A DNA stretch of 63,878 nucleotides, counting the filler, from Folioceros fuciformis (Eukaryota): NCBI GenBank assembly GCA_049999805.1. It is 4 parts of 4 records of this genome, joined end to end, with 100 filler letters (N's around TTAATTAATTAA, not from the genome) between each part and the next. Parts side by side here need not be neighbours in the genome. Positions count along the whole stretch, not along the records: positions 25,100 to 46,315 come from JBNGIO010006176.1; 3 more parts are not named here. The stretch is one strand, 5' to 3'. The position numbers and the translations under genes are program-made. The notes below the pieces were generated by a model that was not told the DNA's origin, made no database searches, and saw only the letters and a program-made list of their open reading frames with translations. Below, piece after piece: positions 26,758 to 38,953 of the stretch (position 1 is the stretch's first letter; the number at the start of each line of letters is the position of its first letter).

Positions 26758-28885
26758 TGGTATCAGAGCATCGATTGTAGAGCATGCCTGAAATGCATGA
26801 CAAGACTAGACAGAGTCTGATTCTGTGCCAGTAAAATAACATAACCCAATGAACAAACCACGGAGATTCTGGCCAGAATGCTTTGAGATACTCAAACATT
26901 CTTATCAACATAGAAGAGGGAAATCTCATAACAACTTCAATAGAAAACACTCTCTCTCTGGTCTTTTGGATTCAGACATCATTCGTCTACATTTGGAGAC
27001 CACCAATAAACTAGTCACACAATCAATTAGTCTTGCACAATCTAGAGATCATCCTCATGGTGCTGAACTCTCTTGTCTATCTGCTCATTTAGACGATATA
27101 TGTAGGAGATAACATGACATCTTTTCTACCCTGGATTGGATTTATACTCAATTAGAAATCATGAACAAGCAATCATAATCGTCTAGGAGATCTAGCCCAA
27201 TGGCTAATCCACCTCAGACCGTTTCCAAGGCATATCAGATTGATAAGTTAACTAGCATCAATTATCACACATGGGCAGCCCGTATAGAAATGCTTTTATT
27301 AAGAAATTCTCTATGGCTTGTAGTAACAGGCTCTGAAGCACAGCCAACAGCAGGTCATGCTGACTTACCTGCATGGCTACTCAAAGATGCACAAGCTCGT
27401 TCCGACATACTCTTGCATGTAGGAGATACATTAATCTCTATAATCAAAAGACTAAAAACATCCAAAGAAATGTGGGACAAATTGCAATCTACCTATGTAG
27501 AGGGCAACATGGAACGACTACAATCCTTGAAATTGACTGAAGGAAATAGTTCTAGATTTTCTAGAGTCATAGCAAGGCTCCTTAGATTCATAAATCTCCT
27601 CAGGTCTAATGGTGGACGACGCAATACAGGTTATGCACCTATTGAGAGCCTTACCTTCCTCCTGGGGCAACTTTATCATTGCACAGACTAGTAGCACGTC
27701 AGCTTGTAATCCTTTAAATCTAACTACACTAATCAGCAGAATCATGCACGAAGCTAGATTGAGACAAGGTAACAACTCTTCCAGCACCACTGGTAATACC
27801 TCTGCTCTCTTTGTTGGTAGTAAGAAACACTGGAATCAAACTAGCAAACCCTCTACTTCCACTTCTAGAGGAACTCACCGTCCTCCTCCCAATAATCCTA
27901 CACATAAGAATAAGACATGTCATTATTGTCAAAAACCTGGTCACATAGCACCTGACTGTAGAAAAAAGAAACGGGACAAAGCTGTAGGGATTCACAACCC
28001 TCATTCAGCACCAGCTTCAGTTAACACTGCTTAAGCTGGACAAGGCCCTTCCTACGTCTTCACTCCTCTGCCTGGTAACTTGAATTCTGATCAGCCTTTC
28101 CAAGATATGTGGCTCCTTCATAGTGGAGCAACAGAGCACATGTCACCTAGGAGGGATTGGTTCTTCTAGTATACCTCTTTGCCTACTCCTCAACTTGTCT
28201 ACATGGGAGATAGGTCTCCACATATGGCTGTTGGTAAGGGAGTGGTCAAAGTGCAACTTCAAAATCATACAGCTTTCATCAAAGACATCTTGTACGTTCT
28301 TGCACTGACATTGTTGAGTATTTAATATATAGGACATTGTATATTCCTAGGGCACTTTTCATAACCCTAGATGAGAGTTAGTTAGTTATTGTAACCGTTT
28401 CATGGAGCTAGGACATGCTTCTTGTTCTCCCCCACCTTTTTCATAATACGTACATTTTTGCCTTCCGTTCCATGCATTGCTCAATCTACTATGAACCTAT
28501 AAACGGAACAAACACATAATTTGTTATCAGTTACTAGATCTCGAAATAGCAAGATTACCTTCACACATAAAGGTTATCAGATCTCCTTTAGACTTGCCTC
28601 CGGGAAGTTAGTGTTATTGTTTTATCCTTAAAGTGGCAAGTTATTTTATATGGCTTCAGGCATCTTGCCCAAGTCCCTAAGTACAATGCACACCACACAT
28701 AGTTTAGTACCTACAGATGCTACAACTACTTTATGGCACTTACGCTTAGCCCACTTACATTTGCAGGGCATGCAGCAGATGTCCACCAAAAATATGGTTT
28801 TAGGGTTACCTCCTAAGTTAGAAGCTTTACCTCTATGTCATGGCTACGTCAAAGGCAAGCACTCTAGCCAGCCTTACCCTAGACA
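26758..28885 (+). mobile_element. Truncated Ty1/copia: Met-i PBS, gag (27200-28034), decayed protease, GAG-pre-integrase
   Basis: PBS TGGTATCAGAGC at 26758-26769; KLTSINYHTWAARIEMLL; CHYCQKPGHIAPDC; WLLHSGATEHMS; LWHLRLAHL..CHGYVKGKH. Frameshifts present. Confidence 0.9.
28312..28514. mobile_element. ~200-bp solo-LTR-like insert interrupting the copia protease region
   Basis: Splits DILYVLALT / HNLLSVTR; TG...CA ends; no clean TSD. Confidence 0.5.
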
Positions 28886-30179
28886 CTGCAATCATTAAAG
28901 CTTGTGTCGGTTTTGCATCTTGTCCGATTCTACATCTGCTTGAAATGTGTCTCAAACTTCTGTCAGCGGTAGTCTTCTGTTACAACTTTGAACTCAAATC
29001 CATTCCTGTTAGAAGTCCAAGTGTGGTCTGTTGAATGTGAGCCCAGTGGGGATTATGATATTTCCAGCTTATAGTAGCTCTTGTTTTGTACAATTGGTCT
29101 GTGTTGTTTCCAATTTCACAGCCATGGTCCAAATGCACAACCGTCCATGGCTGGACCACACCCTTGCAATGCCCGCCATTTTTAGCCGCAAGTTTGTGAT
29201 GCAAGTCTCAAATGTGGCTACAACTTTCCATAGCAATTCAAAGTCTGGCCACAACCAGCATAATTTCAAAGAAGCCTACTGTTTCACTTAGGAATGTGCT
29301 CCAAGCAACTATCTCCTTTGACAGACCTCCAGTTCTAGAAGGGGACGTTCACCACCGTGAAACGTACACCAAACCTTAAGCTTGCACGTTCACATCAATG
29401 TTCACCTGTTACCTTGCACCCTGTCATGTAGTCAGTGCACAGCCATGTTGCTTCCTTTCCTTCTGCGTTTCTCACTTGTGAGAGATGAAACAACTCCCAC
29501 ATGCGGTCTTTAGGGAATTTGAGACCCTCCTTGAGACCGGGCCTTAAGGCCTGTCACCACATAGCAGCAGCGGAAGGTGCCTGGCACGTGTAAGAAACAA
29601 GCTCAAACACAACACAGCTTGGGCAACACACATGATCAACAAAGTTAGCAGACACAAGTAGAGGCAATGGATGGTACACGCAATAGCACCACTAGCTTAG
29701 ATAGGCTCAACAGTACACAACAATATGGTGCATAGGGTGCTACATATATAGCCCTTAGGCTAGGCAATTATCGAGGAGATAAGCCCTAGACTCGAGGGTG
29801 CAATATCCTAGTATATCCTAATATACTAGGGTAAGTAGCGGAGGATTGAATCTCTAACACTCCCCCTTCAAGCTAAAGCTACTTACCAACACCAAGATCC
29901 GAACAAAAATGTGCAAACTTTATGCCGCTGAGCGCCTTGGTGATGATGTCCGCCACCATCACCCTTGGGTGTGTGGTGATCCTCTTCTGTTGTCGTTGGT
30001 GGATCTGGAACAAGGAAGGCGTCCTGGATAAACTCAAAGTCGAGGTCCGTATAAACAGCCATGCTCTCCGCATTACTTCCAATGTTGTTCTCAGCGAACA
30101 CGACATCAAAACTTTCATGCATCTGCTTGCTGACGGGATCCCACAATCTGTAAGCCTTTCATTCATTCGCATAACCAAT

Positions 30180-30461
30180 TGTAGGGTTATTAAAGCCCGA
30201 ATGTGCTTAGACTAATATGTTAGTCTAAGATTAGTGTCTAGTTAAGTATCATTAGTTTAGATTAGCTTAAGCTAATCTGTAGGAAGCTTCTTGCGCAGCT
30301 TCCTGTGCGCTTCTTGTGAAGCTTCCCTAGAGAGCTCTTCTAGAGGGTATAAATACCCCTTGAGCTCCCTTGCATATGGAGACTCAATGTGAGAGTGTGA
30401 CCTCTCTTTCTCCTCCTCCTTGCTTCCTCCTTCATCATGTTGCTCCAGGAGCGATCCTTCA
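30180..30461 (+). mobile_element. Solo LTR nested in the copia integrase C-terminus
   Basis: TGTAGG...CCTTCA ends, TATAAATA inside, near-TSD CCAAT/TCAAT; removal restores KCSF-IGY...KAYRLWDP. Confidence 0.8.
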
Positions 30462-32208
30462 TCAATGAAGCTGCACTTGATGCTTCTGTCGTTTAACTTC
30501 TTCCGCAGTTGCTTAGAAAAATGCACATAGGCTATACAGCCAAACACTCTCAAATGTGAGACATTTGGTTTCTCACCAAACCAAGCTTCATGGGGTGTCA
30601 TAGAGCCACCTAGCACCATGGTAATTGACATATTCTGTTTGTGTATCGCCGCTGCCATTGCATCTGCCCAAAAATATTTTGGCATCCTGCTTTCCACTAG
30701 CAGACTCCTAGTGCCATTACAGATGGTACGATTTTTACGCTTGGCAATTCCTGCATGTTGCGGCGTGTACCTTGTTGTCAACTGCCTCTCAATTCCGGCC
30801 ACTATGCATTCATCCTTGAAGAGTTTACTCAAATACTCTCCTGCCCCATCAGTTCAAAGTTTCTTCAACTTCTTTCCGGTTTGTTTCTCCGCAGTCACCC
30901 TGAACATCTGAAATGCTTGGAGAGCATCACTCTTCTTCTGCAAGAAGTACACCATTGTTCTCTTGCTATAGTCATCGATAAACGAAATATAGTATCTTGG
31001 CTACACCATCCTTGCTTCCACTTGCATTGGTCCGCAAAGATCAGAGTTGACAAGTTCCAAGACTTCTTTTGCTCTCTTTGTGATTGAAACATAAGACATT
31101 CGGGAATGCTTGCCTTTCATACAAGCATCACACAGACCAAGTTTTGCCTTCTGGAGCTCAATTCCTGTCACAAGCTTCTTTCGCTCCATCTCCAGGAGAA
31201 ACTTCAAGTTGGTATGCCCAAGCCGTCTATGCCACAGTAAGGCATTTTCACCTTTCTTCGACACTGTCAGAAACTCTTGGTTGTTAGGAACCTCCATCTG
31301 GTACAAGTTCCCTGTACGGTGGCCCTTTGCCACCACATTGTCATGCATCTGACCATTCTTCTGACCATTCATGCGTGCGATACTTCTTTTTAGAGCGTTG
31401 CCTCATAACCTCACCTTTACTCTCACCCTCCGTGAGATGTGTAGTCTTCTGATCCTTGCAATCCTTCTCATAATGACCATACTTGAATCATTTCCGGCAC
31501 TATCCCTGGTTCACTATTCTCTTGTCCTTCTGTCCCTACGAGGACTCCCCCTGCTTGTCCTTATTCCTGGTTGTTCCATCCCTTCCCCTTGGATGAACAT
31601 CGCATGCTCCGGAATTGTTGAAAATCCTACCATTGCGTCCAACTAGCAAGTCTCCTTTGCCAACATCTTAGAGGTGACCTCCTCCCATGTGAGAGTGTCT
31701 TGGGCTATTAGGAAATCTATGAACCCTGACCAAGCTTCGAGCATAGAATGATATAGAAACATCTTCTATATGTCCTCCTGGATAGCAAAGCGCTCGTTAG
31801 TTGATGCTAGCGCTGTAAGCAGTTCATGAAAGGTGTCGATGTGGTTTCGCAAATCGTCTGCGTTTGAATACTTCAATGTTGTCACACAACAAAATAAGTG
31901 AAATACTTCACCTGCTCCCTTCTGCCCATATTTCTCATCGAGAAGGTTCCAAACATACTTTGTGCCCTTGTTTGGTTCTCCAACCTTTCAACTGGACTGC
32001 CATAGAGAGATTCATATTTAGGAGAGCTGTACTCTTGTGGTCTCTCCGCATCCATTCTCTCTGCTCTCTCAACTCATCTTTAGGTTTCGGCTCTTTGCCC
32101 TCGGTAATGCCATATGCGTCCTTTGCCATCAGTAGAACCTTCATGGACCTTTTCCATACATGGAACTCCGTTCCATCAAACACCCGCATCCTCAAGGCCA
32201 CAGTGGTT

Positions 32209-32428
32209 ACTGAGCCCATCGTCATCACACCTCTGTCCTCTCTTATCAAGTCTCGTTACTAAGCCCATCGTCATCACAACTTTGTCCTCTCTTATCAAGT
32301 CTCGTTATTGAGCCCATCGTCATCACAACTCTGTCCTCTCTTATCAAGTCTCGTTNNNNNNNNNNCTTATCAAGTCTCGTTACTGAGCCCATCGTCATCA
32401 CAACTCTGTCCTTTCTTATCAAGTCTCG
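32209..32428. repeat. 49-bp tandem repeat in the copia 5' leader
   Basis: ACTGAGCCCATCGTCATCACAACTCTGTCCTCTCTTATCAAGTCTCGTT, ~4 copies, spanning a small gap. Confidence 0.85.
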
Positions 32429-32783
32429 CGATTAGTGTTCTTGCTTTGATACCATGTAAGAAACAAGCTCACACACAACACAACCTGGGCAACGCACAGG
32501 ATCAACATAGTTAGCANNNNNNNNNNCACACACAACACAACCTGGGCAACGCACAGGATCAACATAGTTAGCAAACACAAGCAGAGGCAATGGATGGTAC
32601 ACGCAATAGCACCACTAGCTTAGATAAGCTAAACAGTACACAACAATATGGTGCACAGGGTGCTAAATATATAACCCTTAGGCTAGGCAACTATCAAGGC
32701 GATAAGCCCTAGACTCGAGGGTGCAATATCTTAATATATCCTAATATACTTAGGGTAAGGAGCACAGGCTTGAATCTACGACA

Positions 32784-33045
32784 TCAAGTACATATCCAGA
32801 GCTCTCAAAAAGTTTTTGGAGATACGGACGTGACAGAGATGGCCCTTTTGCGAGATGTCTTGTTCGCGTGTCAAGGAATTCAAGGACGCTACATGAAGTA
32901 CGATAAAGTGAAGGATGCTTATGCTGTTCGTCACCGTGAAGCATTCAAGGTTCCTCCGGCACTTCCAACCCTGGTTCGCCGTTTGTGTGAGTTCGCCTGG
33001 CTTTTCATTCGAGTGAGAAATTACTTCTCATTGAGTTCAGACGAT
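32784..33045 (+). pseudogene. GCP3: Fragment of gamma-tubulin complex component 3 (GCP3/Spc98)
   Basis: DVTEMALLRDVLFACQGIQGRYMKYD...KVP...LVRRLCEFAWLFIRVRNY matches the plant GCP3 segment (EVTEEVLVRDVLYASQGIDGKYVKF...LSELGWLFRKVK). A weak continuation GAIHTQ is at ~33300. Confidence 0.75.
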
Positions 33046-33586
33046 GGCATGCTGGGAGGCAGGAGGCTACCCTACCTCGAGACGGGGGAACAAAGCCTCG
33101 CGGCCACCCGAATGCCGGAGCCTGGGAGGCCGGGGCCTCACTCCTCCCTCATCGCCATGGGGGGTTGTGCCTCCCCGGGGAGGCAGGGGCCTCGAGCCTA
33201 CGCGAGGCCCCCGCATCGCGGAGCCCGGACCGGCGGGGGAAGCGGGTCACCAAATCCCAATCATCCGCACACCAATGTTCTTGTTACTAATCTCTGCTCT
33301 GGTGCCATCCACACGCAGACAGGCTAGCATTCGCTTGCGAGGCTTTGATTCTTTGTGTCAAGTGGCGCAGCTCTGCATCGAGAAAAGAGCAATATGCTGC
33401 GGTGCGGGAAATTGGGAATCCACTGGCTCGGGTGGGGCAGAAGTATGCCCGGTGGAATGAGCCATGCTATCACTGCAGCCAGATAGACTTGCGCAACCTT
33501 CATAAGATGCCAACCAGTATCGCTCACTATTCTGGCAGAGGCAAGGAAATTGTTGAGCCAGACAACAGGGGATCTGGCCGGCGGCG

Positions 33587-34398
33587 ATGGGAGTGTGGCC
33601 GGCGATAAGTTTCCTCAGTGCCATGGGCCCGTCCACGTTCTCTCAAGGCGAGGTGGGCGATGGCAGGGAGAAGGCGCTGCTGCACCATGTCCAAAGCCAG
33701 GCGGAGCAAGGCAACCCGCGATCGGTGCTCCAGGCGGTGGACGCGTTCGCACGCCGCACCTGGCTCATGAATGTGGGAGACAAGAAGGGCCTCATCTTGG
33801 ACAGCGCCCTGAAATCGTGCGATCCCCGCATTGCACTAGCAATTGGCGCCTACTGTGGCTACTCTGCTGTGCGCATCGCCAGCCAGCTCAACCGAGCCGA
33901 CTCCAAGCTGGTGTCTGTGGAGATGAACCCTGGCAATGCCGAGATGACACGCAAGGTTGTCGATCACGCAGGTACCAGCCCCTTCCAATCTAGGAGTAGC
34001 TCACATCTCAGCTCGTGGCTTTGCGGTTTCTGTGACCTGACCAGTGATGCGCTCTTAGGACTGTCGAACAAGGTGACCGTCGTGGAAGGGGTGCTCAGTG
34101 ATGGGCTAGAAAAGGTGGGCAACATCTTGAAGGAGCTGAAGGCGACTGGGGTCGACTTTGTGTTTGTAGACCACCATAAATATTACTACCTGTCAGACAT
34201 GCTGCTTCTCAAGGAGGGTGGACTGCTCAAGACATGCACGGTCGTGGTGGCCGATAACATGACCATTCCAGTCGCACCTGACTACCGCCGTTACCTCAAC
34301 TCCACCCGGAGGAGTTCCATACTGTGGAGCACAAGTCTCACATGGAATACATCCGCTGGCTCCCAGACTCTGTACTCATCTCCACATACAAACAGTGA
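33587..34398 (+). pseudogene. Catechol O-methyltransferase (class I, actinobacterial/animal COMT type); one intron 33972-34058; frameshift at ~34302
   Basis: Motifs VGDGRE, LMNVGDKKG, LAIGAYCGYSAVRIA, DFVFVDHHK, VVVADN, APDYRRYL. After a 1-nt shift it reads HPEEFHTVEHKSHMEYIRWLPDSVLISTYKQ*. The 87-nt GT..CTGAC..TAG intron falls between DHAG and LSNKV. Confidence 0.85.
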
Positions 34399-35049
34399 AA
34401 CTCCCTCACAGCTGAAAACTGAACTTCCTCGTCTCGTCCGTATGTGAATTTGTTCATCACAGTTGGGTTTGAATCCCCATCCCACTGCCACTGTGTCCAA
34501 AACCCGTAGAGGACATAGTGAATTTTGAACAGGGGACATTTGAGGCAACTGGTACGTAGAGAGGAGAGTTTGTTTACCAGGAATGTCGAGAAGACGCGCA
34601 GCCACATCAATCACTGAGCAGGTAGGTACAAGGAATTTCATAATCCTGATATCGTAACATTTGGATCATGAGACTCCTGAATTCATACATGGAAACCATC
34701 AGTGCGAAGTCTCATGTCGTCTGTATTTAATCAGATTTGGTTCCTATAGTGATTACCTTACTATGGCATCTTCCCCCGTCTCACACGACATTGTGTTATC
34801 CCATTATAGAGCTTGTATTTTGGTGGCTATTTGTATTTTCAGTCACCACAGGTCTTGGTGGCTTCGTTTTTCCTGCTGCCAACGCGTCCACAATTGGGAA
34901 GCATCTTGTGCCAAGATTTGAGGCTACAACTGGGAAGCATCTTGTGCCAAGATTTGAGGCAATTGATAGAGGACGACAGTTAGTTTCCTCCAAATCATGA
35001 AAACCCTCTAAACTGGTGGTGATGTCATTCTCATATCAGGTGAGGCCTC

Positions 35050-38000
35050 TGTACAGATCTATACAGATCTAACCTTTATTGAGAGGAAATATTTCAGACA
35101 TGGGAGAGTGAACAACATATAAGAGCTCAATCATCTCAAACACTTATGCAGCTCAAACACTTATGCTTATCTATTCACTACTATACTATAAAGAGTGGCC
35201 ACGACCCTTTATATACTAGAGGGTCACCATGTTACTATCCTAGACACTATCTATTCTATAGGAATATTCTTGCTTAGACTGCAAGCAAAGTTCTTCTACC
35301 ACTCTCTAATATGGCATAAATGTTTAGTTGTTAATTTAGAACAATTACTCTTTTGATGTGTTATCCTAAACCATTCATTTCTAACACTCCCACTCAACAC
35401 TTCAAAAACCATTCCCTTAGACCAAGCATCTTGTTAAACCTAGCATGCTTGTCTAAACTCAAGCCTTAGTTAAGATATCTGCCGGCATGTCTTCTATTGG
35501 ACAATACTCCACTTGTATCTCCGTTGATCTCACCTTCTCCCTAATGAAGCTCTACCTCAATGTGTTTCGTCCTTGCATGAAATATAGCATTCTTGGTTAA
35601 GAAGATGCAACCTTGATTGTCATTGAAGATTGTTGTCAGCTCACTTTGTCTGAAGCCCAACTCTTCTAATAGACCATGCAACCATATTGCTTCCATGGTT
35701 GCAGAGCATATTGTCATGTCTCTGTTTTGGTAGAAGACAAAGCAATAGTAGGTTGTCTCTTACTATTCCAAGAAATAGCTCCTCCATTCAACAAAAACAC
35801 ATATCCAATTGTAGACTTTCAATTATCAACATCTCCTGCCCAATCAGAATCACAATGTCCCACTAACGTCGCTTCATTCTGACGCCTTTCTTGATACACC
35901 AAATTCCAATGTTTTGTACCATTCAATTACCTTATGATCCTTTTCACAGCTTGAAAATGTTGTTGACCAAGATTGACTAAAAATTGGCTAGCTACTCTTA
36001 CTGCCTTTGCAATGTCAGACCTTGTGCCTGTAGACAAATATGTAAGGTAGCCAACTATACATTGGGAGAGTTTTATCTACCTTTTCCTTGACGTCGTCAC
36101 TTGTAGAACTCATTTCCTTTGACAGCTTTTCATTTAACACCATTGGTGTTTTCATTGGTTTGCAATCTTGCATTCTAAACCGCTTAAGGACATTCTCAAT
36201 GTATGTTCTTTGATTTAAAGAGATCGTCCTATTAGACATATCCCTCATTACCTTTATCCCTAGGAAATAGTGAAGTTCTCCTAGATCTCTCATATTAAAA
36301 CTATCATTTAGACTCTTCTTTGTACACTTCAAGAGTTCTAAATCATTGCAAACTAAAATAAAATCATCAACATAGACGCCAATGATCATCATGGACTCTC
36401 CTCCTCTTTTTACATAGATGTTCCAATCTCCATTGGTTTTTTTAAAACCTATTGCTAAGAAGAACTTATTAATTCTTACACATTAGGTAAGTGCTGACTG
36501 CTTGAGGCCATAGATTGCCATTTGCAATTTAGATACTTCACCTTCTCGACCTGGTACTTCATACCCTTCTGTCTAGTTCATATAGAATTCTTCTTCTAAA
36601 TCTCCATAAAGAAATGTTGTTTGGACATCCATGTGATGCATCTCTAGATCCATGGTTGCTAATATTGCTAAGAGTACATGGATGGATGTTATCTTAGCAA
36701 CAAGAGAGAAAGTGTATGTGTAATCAACACCTGGCACTTGTGTATATCCTTTCCCTACCATTCTTGGCTTGTAACGCTCAATGCTTCCATCAGCGTTATG
36801 TTTGATCTTGAATACCTATTTTGATCCTATGCACTTTCTTCTTGGAGAAAGAGGAGTGATTTTGAGAAGAGATTGATAAATTGAGAAGAGATGTACTCCC
36901 CTCCATTATCACTTCTCAAAGTCTTTAAGCATTCTCCACTCTCCTTTTCAACCAAGACCTTTCATGTCTTAAATGTGTTGAAAACCTTGGACTTCTCCTT
37001 CAAGAGATAAGTCCAACTTCTTCTTTTCAAGTCATCCACAAAGACTAGAATATAACGTGATCCACCATGAGTAGGATTCTGCATGGGTCCACACACATAA
37101 GTGTGTACAAGCTCTAGCTTCTTACTAGCTCGACGAGCCCCGATCTTAGGGAACTGAGAGTGGTGAAGCTTGCCCATGATACAACCTTGACATGGTTGAT
37201 AATCACCTCTGTCTCAACGTCCAAACTTAAACCCTTAACCAAATTCTGGGTCTGCATCAATTTAAGGGTATCTATGTTTGTATGCCCTAGACGTCGATGC
37301 CAGATGCTGTTGACTCCTTGGCTGGGAGGTGAACTTAACATAGTTGCGTAAGCTTCTTCATCTCCTATAGAAGCACACAACTTGTAGAGATTGCCTTCCC
37401 AAATACCTTTGGCTATCACCTTAACAGTAGGTGATTCGGGTTGCTCGGGTTGGATGCGACATCCTTTTGAATTGAACACAATCTCATTTTCTTGGTCAGT
37501 AATTCTAGCTACAAAAAGAAGATTTTTGGCAAGACTAGGTACAAGGTGTATATCCTTTATAGTACCCTTGGACTCTTTACCAGGTAGTTTTACCTTCATG
37601 ACACCTTTCCCTTTGATCTCATATGATGTGTTATCACCAAGTGCCACCCTATGCTCTGTCAACATTTCTTTGTAGCTTGAGATCCAGGGTCGATTGTAGG
37701 TAAAGTGTTGAGATGCTCCAGGGTCTAGGTTGAGACTCTCATCCTTTCTTGTTAAGCGATCTCCCACTGTCTCTATTGTTGAAGCAGAAAAAAGATTTTC
37801 TTCCCATTCACTTACTTGATTGGCTTATAACTGTTTTCCCTTCTTCAAGTCGGCCAATCTTGTCCTACAGTCTTTTGCATAATGGTTAGGTTTCTTACAA
37901 TAATGGCAAGTACACCATGTCTTTTTCATTTTAACTTTCTCCTTTGATCCTTCACTAGAGTTGTCATGTGGGATCTTCCCTTGCGACTTTCCTTTCCTTA

Positions 38001-38953
38001 AAAAAAATACCGAGTCACCTTTCTGTTCATTCTTGAATGAATTCACCAGCTCTTCTTGTAGAAGCAACCCAACCATCTCTTCTATTATCGCTTGTTTATC
38101 ACTTGAATGCATCGCTATTGATGTCATGAAAGACAACACAAATTGCATGTACGTTGATAGCAAACTATTCAATAACTCCATAATCATCCTTCCTTCAGAA
38201 GGTTTGATGTCTGTAGCTTGCATTTGATCAACCAAGTTCTTCAACTTGTTGACGTGCTATTGAATCATCTCCCCTTCAACCATCTTGAAGTTGAACAATT
38301 GTTGCTCCAACAACATCTCACTCACCATACTTCTTTTTCGTACATATGGCAAAGGGTAGTCCATGCCTTCTTCGATGTTGCACACTCACTCAATTGAGAG
38401 AGTATGTCATCAGACACATTAAGAAGGATTGCAGCTAATGTTGATCCATCCTTATCAAGGTCTTCTTTGGTGGGTGTGTCTTCAAGGCCCTTGTCGATGA
38501 ATTTCCATACTCCTCTCTCAATGAGAAGCATCTTTAACTTCCATAGTGTGAAGTTCTTGCCTCCAAACTTCTCCACCGAGCGTGTCTCAATGAAACATGT
38601 CTCCATGCTTGTTGACGCCATCTATTACATCCTCTCGAATTTCAACCTCTTGCTATAGAATAAATACTATCAATACCTTCACAATTTGCACACGAGTTCT
38701 TTGTAGCACTGTGCTAAGAATTATGCAAAAGAGGTGTTGACACGAGTACACAACTATACTGACCAAGAGAAAACTACTAGGCTCCAGAACATGGCTTTGA
38801 TACCATGTTAGAAATATATTGATCTAGCCTTCATTGAGAGGAAATATTTTACAAGACACAACAAAAAACTCTTTGATATGGCATAAATATTTAGCTGTTA
38901 ATTTAGAACAATTACTCTTTTGATGTGTTGTCCTAAACTATTCATTTCTAACA
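35050..38953 (-). mobile_element. Degenerate Ty1/copia element (gag, protease, partial integrase, RT, RNase H)
   Basis: LTRs ~35050-35386 and 38806-38953 (shorter), both ending TTTCTAACA. PBS rc(GGCTTTGATACCA); PPT rc(CTCCCACTCAA). Motifs KFGGKNFTLWK, CHYCKKPNHYAKDC, LDPGASQH, WHRRLGH, GYTQVPGVDY, YVDDF, DLGELHYFLG. Confidence 0.92.

Larger units (their letters stand above)
29589..32783 (-). mobile_element. Internally deleted Ty1/copia element (gag, integrase, RNase H tail; RT absent)
   Basis: LTRs 29589-29859 and 32455-~32783 (TGTAAGAAACAAGCTC...). PBS rc(GCTTTGATACCA) 32443-32454; PPT rc(CTCCCCCTTCAAG). Motifs FDGTEFHVWK, LWHRRLGH, SDLCGPM, YTPQHAGIAKRKNRT, LRVFGC, ADIITKAL. Flanks do not form a TSD. 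Confidence 0.9.

Noticed and set aside
32455..32580. Direct repeats flanking N gaps (also 52801-52905 and ~50095-50450)
   Set aside because: Most likely unmerged contig overlaps; the 50-kb pair is more diverged and could be real but cannot be resolved here.
34301..34447. Annotated COMT C-terminus STRRSSILW...LVRM
   Set aside because: Out-of-frame read-through; the homologous tail is in another frame ending at 34398.
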